The notes under the pieces are model-generated. The model worked only from the letters and a program-made list of their open reading frames with translations. It was not told the origin of the DNA and ran no database searches. Positions 24,886 to 39,186 of a stretch of 64,000 nt of DNA are shown one piece after another. The stretch spans positions 359,848,001 through 359,912,000 of the forward strand of contig OZ024740.1 in the NCBI GenBank assembly GCA_964016885.1. The letters are read 5' to 3'. Both the position numbers and the translations under genes were made by a program. The stretch's first letter is position 1; every line of letters begins with the position of its first letter. The stretch is from Eledone cirrhosa (taxonomy: Eukaryota).

Positions 24886-25264
24886 AAAAAGGTGACGTGG
24901 TTGCCTTAACACCGTATGGCATAAATTCAGGCTGTTCAGTTTGTTTACAAACGAACAAAGCGACGTTAGCGCCGCTAAACTGATACGTGCATATATGTAT
25001 GTGTACCTGTATGCATATGTATGTATATATGTATATATATATATATATGTGCATGCTACTGTACGTCTGTATACATATATGTATGTACGTATACATGCAT
25101 ACTTACATTTAAGTAAGTGCCATACTAAGAGTGAGAAATGAAATTTCGTTTTCATTTTGTTTCAATTTATCGTTTTCGGTATGCCTGACCGATTTAACTC
25201 ACTCAATATGCAAATTAGGCTGCTCAGCCGTTAATTTTCATAAGGAAAGTATATACTTTCGAAC

Positions 25265-25351
25265 GTTCAACTATCTGGCAGATGGGTAAACGGTGCTGAT
25301 GATAGCTAACAAGCTTGAAACTAGTACATCGTTCCTGTGTCAGTGTTGAAC
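25265..25351 (+). ncRNA. Type I hammerhead ribozyme, copy 2 (cleavage after 25326)
   Basis: Same motif as copy 1. Confidence 0.88.
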
Positions 25352-25730
25352 AAAAAGGTGACGTGGTTGCCTTAACACCGTATGGCATAAATTCAGGCTG
25401 TTCAGTTTGTTTACAAACGAACAAAGCGACGTTAGCGCCGCTAAACTGATACGTGCATATATGTATGTGTACCTGTATGCATATGTATGTATATATGTAT
25501 ATATATATATATATGTGCATGCTACTGTATGTCTGTATACATATATGTATGTACGTATACATGCATACTTACATTTAAGTAAGTGCCATACTAAGAGTGA
25601 GAAATGAAATTTCGTTTTCATTTTGTTTCAATTTATCGTTTTCGGTATGCCTGACCGATTTAACTCACTCAATATGCAAATTAGGCTGCTCAGCCGTTAA
25701 TTTTCATAAGGAAAGTATATACTTTCGAAC

Positions 25731-25817
25731 GTTCAACTATCTGGCAGATGGGTAAACGGTGCTGATGATAGCTAACAAGCTTGAAACTAGTACATCGTTC
25801 CTGTGTCAGTGTTGAAC
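25731..25817 (+). ncRNA. Type I hammerhead ribozyme, copy 3 (cleavage after 25792)
   Basis: Same motif as copy 1. Confidence 0.88.
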
Positions 25818-26196
25818 AAAAAGGTGATGTGGTTGCCTTAACACCGTATGGCATAAATTCAGGCTGTTCAGTTTGTTTACAAACGAACAAAGCGACGTTA
25901 GCGCCGCTAAACTGATACGTGCATATATGTATGTGTACCTGTATGCATATGTATGTATATATGTATATATATATATATATGTGCATGCTATTGTACATCT
26001 GTATACATATATGTATGTACGTATACATGCATACTTACATTTAAGTAAGTGCCATACTAAGAGTGAGAAATGAAATTTCGTTTTCATTTTGTTTCAATTT
26101 ATCGTTTTCGGTATGCCTGACCGATTTAACTCACTCAATATGCAAATTAGGCTGCTCAGCCGTTAATTTTCATAAGGAAAGTATATACTTTCGAAC

Positions 26197-26283
26197 GTTC
26201 AACTATCTGGCAGATGGGTAAACGGTGCTGATGATAGCTAACAAGCTTGAAACTAGTACATCGTTCCTGTGTCAGTGTTGAAC
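26197..26283 (+). ncRNA. Type I hammerhead ribozyme, copy 4 (cleavage after 26258)
   Basis: Same motif as copy 1. Confidence 0.88.
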
Positions 26284-26662
26284 AAAAAGGTGACGTGGTT
26301 GCCTTAACACCGTATGGCATAAATTCAGGCTGTTCAGTTTGTTTACAAACGAACAAAGCGACGTTAGCGCCGCTAAACTGATATGTGCATATATGTATGT
26401 GTACCTGTATGCATATGTATGTATATATGTATATATATATATATATGTGCATGCTACTGTACGTCTGTATACATATATGTATGTACGTATACATGCATAC
26501 TTACATTTAAGTAAGTGCCATACTAAGAGTGAGAAATGAAATTTCGTTTTCATTTTGTTTCAATTTATCGTTTTCGGTATGCCTGACCGATTTAACTCAC
26601 TCAATATGCAAATTAGGCTGCTCAGCCGTTAATTTTCATAAGGAAAGTATATACTTTCGAAC

Positions 26663-26749
26663 GTTCAACTATCTGGCAGATGGGTAAACGGTGCTGATGA
26701 TAGCTAACAAGTTTGAAACTAGTACATCGTTCCTGTGTCAGTGTTGAAC
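26663..26749 (+). ncRNA. Type I hammerhead ribozyme, copy 5 (cleavage after 26724)
   Basis: Same motif; C>T at 26712 turns a stem II G-C into G-U. Confidence 0.85.
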
Positions 26750-27014
26750 AAAAAGGTGACGTGGTTGCCTTAACACCGTATGGCATAAATTCAGGCTGTT
26801 CAGTTTGTTTACAAACGAACAAAGTGACGTTAGCGCCGCTAAACTGATACGTGCATATATGTATGTGTACCTGTATGCATATGTATGTATATATGTATAT
26901 ATATATATATATGTGCATGCTACTGTACGTCTGTATACATATATGTATGTACGTATACATGCATACTTACATTTAAGTAAGTGCCATACTAAGAGTGAGA
27001 AATGAAATTTCGTT

Positions 27015-29724
<2,710 letters not shown>

Positions 29725-30022
29725 TCTGATAATGAAATCGACATTCTAATAAACACATGGCATTGCCTTTCCCAAACAGAAAATATAGATGCTTCATCTC
29801 TGAACGACATTGCTAAACGTACAGTTCAATTTTTGAAAACTCGATCTGAACAACAGATTCAAAATAAATTAAAGCAAATCGAAATTGCTTTTAAATTAAT
29901 CAATAAACATTTGGATAAACTACGGTGTGTTTTCTCTTCGAATGCTGTCCAGCAGCAGCAACAACAACAGCAGCTACAACAGCAACAACAACAACAGCAA
30001 CAACAACAACAACAGCTACAAC

Positions 30023-30053
<31 letters not shown>

Positions 30054-30846
30054 GTGTGAACCACTCCTTGATTCATCAACAATGGCCGATCTACTAAATG
30101 AAACTATTGACCCCCCAGTGGCCTCTGTCTCACAGCATGAAACGCCACATCCTTTCTCTGGCCCAGCAGTCCAATCATCACCACTGCCAACATCTCTGCC
30201 TACTACTACTACTACTACTACAACATTTTTGTCTACTGCTATGTCAAGGAATTTACCTTCTAATACCAGAACAAGAACTCTCCCTCCCACAGTCCACAAA
30301 GGTCGTCAAATCCTACCCAAACCATCATCTACACCTCTCACAACACCCACACCCACATACCCACCCACTCGAAACCCCATCATTTGCCGCTACTCTCTAC
30401 GCTATAGAATATGTACGGATAGTGGCTGCAAATTCACCCATTTACCTAGGACAAAACGATCTATCCCCACAAACAGCCACCACCATAATACATACTCTAA
30501 TTTAACACCAACACAACCACCAATAACTCAAACAAGGAATCCACAAATCTGCCGTTTTTCCCTGCGAGACAGATTGTGTTTAGACCGGGATTGTCCCTTT
30601 ACCCATCTCCCGGGGACCCGTCGGATAAATGAAAATAAAATTAAAAATAAAAGCAAAAACAAAAACCATAACCTACATAAAAATAACCACTACCACAGTC
30701 ACCAACAGTCTTCTAAACAGGAAACTTCTTCCTCTTTTTTAGCCATAATGAATCTGGCAAAAGAACTGGAAAAAAACATTCGAGCTATCACCCAGCACCA
30801 CCCTCCACTATCACCCCACTGCACAAACTCCCATTGCTGCCATTAA
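29725..30846 (+). CDS. LINE ORF1 (partial): polyQ, polyT, two CCCH zinc fingers
   Basis: Frame open right up to the TA junction (SDNEIDIL...); [19 protein letters not shown] and [19 protein letters not shown] (C-x8-C-x4-C-x3-H). Confidence 0.85.
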
Positions 30847-33800
30847 CAAACAAACAAATTAACAACACACCAAAACAATTAAAACCATCCACTCTCGCCT
30901 CTACATTTTTGCTTAACGCCCAAGGCATCAGCCCTTCCACCAATACTCAAAAATGGAAGATCAAATTCCTGGAGGACTGGATTGATGTCCATCCAAACCA
31001 CATCCCTTTCTTCGTCCTCACTGAAACCCATCTCAGTAACCTCCACTTGGAAGCCGAGGTGAAAGTGAAAAATTTCAAAGCCATCCGTGCTGATCGCGCT
31101 GGCAGAAGAAAGGGCGGAACTGCCATTTATGTCCATAATTCTTTCTCAACAGAGGCTATGAACATATTCACTAATGGATACTGTGAGGCAGTCACTGTAT
31201 TCAGTCAAACCAACAACCTATTAGTAGTTGGGCTCTATAGGCCACCCCAAACGCCTGTACCATGCTTCAAGGAATGCCTCAACAGCATAAAGTGTTTCAT
31301 CCAAGAGTGTCACCCTGACAACATCTTAATGATGGGGGACTTCAACCTCCCCGGAGTTGACTGGTCCACAAACACCCTGCCACCAGGTTCTTCTGCCTCA
31401 ACCTCTGACAGGGAAGCTGTGGAATCGCTTCTTGACTTCATGGATGATTTCTTCCTATCCCAACTAGTGCTCGAACCAACGAGGTGCCACAAAAACGTCC
31501 TAGACTTAATTTTCAGCAATCACACTGACAATATCCACAATATTGCAGTGGAGAAAACTCTACTCTCTGATCATGACATGGTTCTCTGTGATCTGAGTTT
31601 CCACCGTCCAATATACAAACCCAATGTCATTTCTCCTGTCCATCCGTTTGACGCTATGGATTTCCACAATGCAAACTGGGAAGCGATCAGTCATGATCTT
31701 GCACATGTCGACTGGTCCTTCACGCACACTCATACACCCACTAACATCAAAAAGTCCTGGCAGACATTTGTGGACACTGTTACAAACATATGTGCTAAAC
31801 ACACCCCATTAAGAACTATAAACAAATCTAAGAGCAGAATCCCTAGAAATAGAAAAACACTCATCAGAAAAATTAAGAGAACGAACAAAAAAATCAACAA
31901 GCTGAAATACTGTCAGCAGCAACACATCAACTTGACTGCCATTTCATCACTAGAGATTAAAAAACATAACCTCCAAAACAACATAATGTCCCTCATCAAC
32001 AATCAGAGAAGAGCTGAAGAGGCCTGGGCCATTGAGAAGATCAAACTCAATCCCAAAGTGTTCTTTTCATTTGCAAAAAAACACAAAATCACTGGCTCTA
32101 CTGTTGGCCCTCTAATTGATGAAAATGGCACTCTTCAAGACAATGCTAAAACCATGGGTGAGATACTGCAGAAACAATACTGCTCTGTTTTCAGCAATCC
32201 TGATATGGCCGATCTGGGCTGTATCGGCGATGTTACTCCCCATTACACCTTATCGGACATAACGTTTGGCGCCCCTGATGTCTTGGCGGCAATAAAGGAA
32301 ATCAAGCATAATTCAGCAGTAGGTCCCGATAGGTTCCCTGCTTGTGTCTTGAAGGCGTGTCAACACCAACTTGCTTCTCCTCTTGCCAATCTGTGGCGGA
32401 ACTCACTGGATGCTGGATATGTGCCAGAAAACCTTCTATCCCAGTCTGTTGTCCCAGTTTTCAAAAAGGGAAACAAATCCCTTGCCGTGAATTACCGTCC
32501 AATCTCACTCACCTCTCATATCATTAAGGTATTTGAGCGAGTGGTGAGATCGCGAATGACCCACTTCCTTGAGAGTAACAATATGCTGAACTCCAACCAG
32601 CATGGATTCCGTAATGGAAGGGATTGCCTGACGCAACTACTGCATCACTTTGATGACATTTTGAGAGCCTTGGGAGAGGGTTCCAACACTGATGTTATCT
32701 ACCTTGATTTCAGCAAGGCCTTTGACAGGGTTGATCATAACATTCTACTGAGAAAGCTGTCCAATATTGGTGTCACTGGAAAGCTGCTGCAGTGGATCAA
32801 GAGCTTCCTGTCAAACAGAACCCAACATGTTGTAGTTGAGGGAGTCAAATCAAGCCCAGCCAAAGTCAGTAGTGGAGTCCCACAAGGCACTGTGTTGGGC
32901 CCACTTCTCTTCATCATCTATATTAATGACATCACTGACATCATCAAACACAGCAACATTAAAATTTTCGCTGATGATTCCAAGCTCCAAAAGGTCATCA
33001 ATGGCGTGGATGACCGGATAAGCCTTCAGTCAGACCTACTGGCTGTTACCCAATGGGCAGAAAAGAACAACATGTTACTGAACGAAGACAAATTCGAACT
33101 GATCCACTTTGGAAAAGAGGATGCTCTGAAACTCCCGTACTCCCTTCCCTCCGGGGAAACTCTCGTGGCATCTAACAACATCAGAGACTTGGGAGTAACC
33201 GTGGACAGCAACATAAGCTGGACCACGCATATAAGCAGCAAAGTTGACATGGCCCGCAGAATGTGTTCCTGGATCCTCAGAACCTTCCAGTCGAGAGATT
33301 CCCGCACCATTATCCTTCTCTTCTCTACTTTCGCCCGACCACACCTTGAATACTGTTGTCCACTGTGGTCTCCCCACACGAAACAAAGTATCATGAAACT
33401 TGAAGCTCCTCAAAGGGCAATCACGAAAAAGATAGATGGCATGTCAGACCTTGACTACTGGGGTCGATTGGAAAACCTGAAACTTTACTCACTCCAACGT
33501 CGCCGTGAGCGTTATATTATCTGCATGATGTGGAAAATGTTCCATCATCACTGCCCAAATGATGTTGGCATCGCCTTCAAGATACACCCAAGGCTTGGGC
33601 CCCGTGCTATCCGTCCCATTCAAAAATCTAAATCGCAACTCATAACAACAATACGGCACAATTATTTCACCTCAATCGGCCCTGCTCTCTTCAACATCAC
33701 ACCAGGACACGTCAAAACAGAAACTGACCACACAAAATTCAAGAAGTCTTTGGACAAATTCCTCCAAGTAATCCCGGACAAACCACCCACACCCGGATAT

Positions 33801-33854
33801 GTCTCCGCAAACAGTAATTCTCTTCTCGAATGGGCCATGGTGCCCAAATCCTGA
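30717..33854 (+). CDS. LINE ORF2: APE endonuclease + reverse transcriptase (frame open from 30717; no ATG until 31158)
   Basis: LNAQG, LTETH, GLYRPP, GDFNLP, LDLIF, SDH; [43 protein letters not shown]. Confidence 0.96.
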   Translation, partial: TGNFFLFFSHNESGKRTGKKHSSYHPAPPSTITPLHKLPLLPLTNKQINNTPKQLKPSTLASTFLLNAQGISPSTNTQKWKIKFLEDWIDVHPNHIPFFVLTETHLSNLHLEAEVKVKNFKAIRADRAGRRKGGTAIYVHNSFSTEAMNIFTNGYCEAVTVFSQTNNLLVVGLYRPPQTPVPCFKECLNSIKCFIQECHPDNILMMGDFNLPGVDWSTNTLPPGSSASTSDREAVESLLDFMDDFFLSQLVLEPTRCHKNVLDLIFSNHTDNIHNIAVEKTLLSDHDMVLCDLSFHRPIYKPNVISPVHPFDAMDFHNANWEAISHDLAHVDWSFTHTHTPTNIKKSWQTFVDTVTNICAKHTPLRTINKSKSRIPRNRKTLIRKIKRTNKKINKLKYCQQQHINLTAISSLEIKKHNLQNNIMSLINNQRRAEEAWAIEKIKLNPKVFFSFAKKHKITGSTVGPLIDENGTLQDNAKTMGEILQKQYCSVFSNPDMADLGCIGDVTPHYTLSDITFGAPDVLAAIKEIKHNSAVGPDRFPACVLKACQHQLASPLANLWRNSLDAGYVPENLLSQSVVPVFKKGNKSLAVNYRPISLTSHIIKVFERVVRSRMTHFLESNNMLNSNQHGFRNGRDCLTQLLHHFDDILRALGEGSNTDVIYLDFSKAFDRVDHNILLRKLSNIGVTGKLLQWIKSFLSNRTQHVVVEGVKSSPAKVSSGVPQGTVLGPLLFIIYINDITDIIKHSNIKIFADDSKLQKVINGVDDRISLQSDLLAVTQWAEKNNMLLNEDKFELIHFGKEDALKLPYSLPSGETLVASNNIRDLGVTVDSNISWTTHISSKVDMARRMCSWILRTFQSRDSRTIILLFSTFARPHLEYCCPLWSPHTKQSIMKLEAPQRAITKKIDGMSDLDYWGRLENLKLYSLQRRRERYIICMMWKMFHHHCPNDVGIAFKIHPRLGPRAIRPIQKSKSQLITTIRHNYFTSIGPALFNITPGHVKTETDHTKFKKSLDKFLQVIPDKPPTPGYVSANSNSLLEWAMVPKS

Positions 33855-33939
33855 ATTGAAAGACTTCGCCAGGTGGTGCTATTAAGTTAGACATGGCCTG
33901 GGCCAATACTGGCCAAAACATTTCAAAGTTATTCAAAGT

Positions 33940-35700
<1,761 letters not shown>

Positions 35701-36644
35701 AACTTTGAATAACTTTGAAATGTTTTGGCCAGTATTGGCCCAGGCCATGTCTAACTTAATAGCACCACCTGGCGAAGTCTTTCAATTCAGGATTTGGGCA
35801 CCATGGCCCATTCGAGAAGAGAATTACTGTTTGCGGAGACATATCCGGGTGTGGGTGGTTTGTCCGGGATTACTTGGAGGAATTTGTCCAAAGACTTCTT
35901 GAATTTTGTGTGGTCAGTTTCTGTTTTGACGTGTCCTGGTGTGATGTTGAAGAGAGCAGGGCCGATTGAGGTGAAATAATTGTGCCGTATTGTTGTTATG
36001 AGTTGCGATTTAGATTTTTGAATGGGACGGATAGCACGGGGCCCAAGCCTTGGGTGTATCTTGAAGGCGATGCCAACATCATTTGGGCAGTGATGATGGA
36101 ACATTTTCCACATCATGCAGATAATATAACGCTCACGGCGACGTTGGAGTGAGTAAAGTTTCAGGTTTTCCAATCGACCCCAGTAGTCAAGGTCTGACAT
36201 GCCATCTATCTTTTTCGTGATTGCCCTTTGAGGAGCTTCAAGTTTCATGATACTTTGTTTCGTGTGGGGAGACCACAGTGGACAACAGTATTCAAGGTGT
36301 GGTCGGGCGAAAGTAGAGAAGAGAAGGATAATGGTGCGGGAATCTCTCGACTGGAAGGTTCTGAGGATCCAGGAACACATTCTGCGGGCCATGTCAACTT
36401 TGCTGCTTATATGCGTGGTCCAGCTTATGTTGCTGTCCACGGTTACTCCCAAGTCTCTGATGTTGTTAGGTGCCACGAGAGTTTCCCCGGAGGGAAGGGA
36501 GTACGGGAGTTTCAGAGCATCCTGTTTTCCAAAGTGGATCAGTTCGAATTTGTCTTCGTTCAGTAACATGTTGTTCTTTTCTGCCCATTGGGTAACAGCC
36601 AGTAGGTCTGACTGAAGGCTTATCCGGTCATCCACGCCATTGAT
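35701..36644 (-). mobile_element. 5'-truncated copy (944 bp) of the 29725-33940 LINE, inverted
   Basis: Reverse complement of 32997-33940; translation differs at only two residues (E>Q, S>P). Confidence 0.97.
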
Positions 36645-36662
36645 ATATACATATATATATAT

Positions 36663-36719
<57 letters not shown>

Positions 36720-36726
36720 TATATAC

Positions 36727-36759
<33 letters not shown>

Positions 36760-36934
36760 CATATATACATATATACATATATATATACATATATATATAT
36801 ATGTATATGTATATATATATATTTATGTATATGTATATATATATATGTATATGTGTATATATATATGTATATATGTATATATATATATGTATATGTATAT
36901 ATATATGTATATGTATATATATATGTATATGTAT

Positions 36935-36966
<32 letters not shown>

Positions 36967-36998
36967 GTATATGTATATATATATATATGTATATGTAT

Positions 36999-37091
<93 letters not shown>

Positions 37092-37290
37092 TATGTATAT
37101 GTATATATATATATATGTATATATATGTATATGTGTATATATATGTATATATATGTATATGTATATATGTATATATATATGTATATATATGTATATATAT
37201 ATATATATGTATATATGTATATATATATATGTATATATGTATATATATATGTATATATGTATATATATATATATATATGTATATATATGT

Positions 37291-37322
<32 letters not shown>

Positions 37323-37792
37323 GTATATATATATGTATATGTATATGTATATACATATATGTATATATGTATGTATATATATATATGTATATATGTATGT
37401 ATATATATATATGTATATATGTATATATATATATGTATATATGTATATATATATATATATGTATATATGTATATATATATATATATGTATATATATATGT
37501 ATATACATATATATATATATGTATATATATATGTATATACATATATATATATATATGTATATATATATATGTATATACATATATATGTATATACATATAT
37601 ATGTATATACATATATATGTATATATATATATATCTATATATGTATATATATATATGTATATGTATATATATATATGTATATATATATATATGTATATAT
37701 GTATATGTATATATGTATATATATATATATGTATATGTATATATATATATGTATATATATATATGTATATATGTATATGTATATATGTATAT

Positions 37793-37826
<34 letters not shown>

Positions 37827-38055
37827 GTATATACATATATATGTATATATATATATGTATATATATATATGTATATATATATATGTATATATATATATGT
37901 ATATATATATATGTATATATATATATGTATATATATATATGTATATATATATATGTATATATGTATATATATATGTATATATGTATATATATATGTATAT
38001 ACATATATATGTGTATATATATATGTATATATGTATATATATATGTATATACATA

Positions 38056-38097
<42 letters not shown>

Positions 38098-38119
38098 CAT
38101 ATATATGTATATATATATT
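36645..38119. repeat. Interrupted (TA)n microsatellite (TACA then TATG)
   Basis: Direct reading. Confidence 0.98.
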
Positions 38120-38163
38120 GATATGATGGCTGCCCCCTCGTTATCGAGTATGGCCATTGCACA
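38120..38163 (-). mobile_element. RTE 3'-terminal stem-loop fragment
   Basis: Minus strand tgtgca-atggc-catactcgataacgagggggca-gccat; homologous to 49929-49960. Confidence 0.65.
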
Positions 38164-38462
38164 AGAAAAAAAAAAAATAATAATAATAATAAATAAATAA
38201 AAGAAAAAAAAAGAAAAGAAAAAATGAAATATATATATATATATATATAAAATTTCAGGTAATCAATAATGTAGTGATAATATATCGTTACGTTAGAGCT
38301 GAACATGAAGAAGTGACAACTGATTATACATTTGCTATCGAATACTTGCTAACATTATATGATTACGCAAGCAGCGATACATAGGTATCTGTTACAGAAA
38401 CATATGTCAATACCTAATAAATTCCTTTTTAAAAAAAAGGACTTTCATTTTATATTCATCCT

Positions 38463-38504
<42 letters not shown>

Positions 38505-39136
38505 TCTCTCTCTCTTTCGTCTGCGACTTCACAAAACTTGCGTTTACCGAATTCGTAGACCAGACCCCCTTATCTTCTTCTTCTTCTTCTTCTTCTTCTT
38601 CTTCCTCTTCTCTCCTTTTTCTTTCTCTCTCTCTCTCTCTCTTTTTTCCCCCCCGTCAAACTTAGGCGAAATTCTTTCCTTGCTCACATTTCAACCAGGT
38701 TTGATGGTCTTTCGTCTCTTGTTCACGATTTCACAGAGTTTATATTCATAGAGATCTGGGACTTGTCTATTTCTACTCACTTTCCGTTGCTTAAACCTTT
38801 TTGTTGTTACTCTAGCGTCCCCCTTTATTTACGTGTCCCAACGACTTTTTTTAGCCGTTGTTCGCACCAACCTGAGGCATATGGCCCTTAAAGCGATGAA
38901 ATGCCGAGGACCGTTGGAGGGTCACTGATGAAGGACTCACTTTTTCATATATATATATATATATACATACATACATACACATACACTCACACATATATAC
39001 ACACATACATTAATAACAATAATAATAATAATACTAATAATATTAATAATAGCAATAATAACGATAACGACAACAACAATAATAATATACATATTCATAT
39101 ATATATACACACACACGCACGCACATAAGCATATCT

Positions 39137-39143
39137 ATACACA

Positions 39144-39186
<43 letters not shown>

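Larger units (their letters stand above)
24441..27014 (+). mobile_element. Tandem array (about 5.5 x 466 bp) carrying type I hammerhead ribozymes: candidate non-LTR retrozyme
   Basis: Exact 466-bp period (unit starts 24441, 24907, 25373, 25839, 26305, 26771); near-identical units; flanked on both sides by TA/TACA microsatellite. Confidence 0.88.

Noticed and set aside
24758-27005. Repeated 112/93/66-aa ORFs in the 466-bp array
   Set aside because: Driven by the internal TA tract with no domain similarity; the RNA structure explains the unit
24441-27014. Second (antisense) hammerhead as in viroid-like ambisense RNAs
   Set aside because: No CUGANGA found on the minus strand of the unit by eye
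35787-37580. 597-aa ORF as a novel fusion protein
   Set aside because: Microsatellite frame running into the truncated LINE ORF2
38920-38945. cactgatgaagg as a hammerhead
   Set aside because: No downstream GAAA/stem III before the TA tract; at most a truncated pLTR remnant
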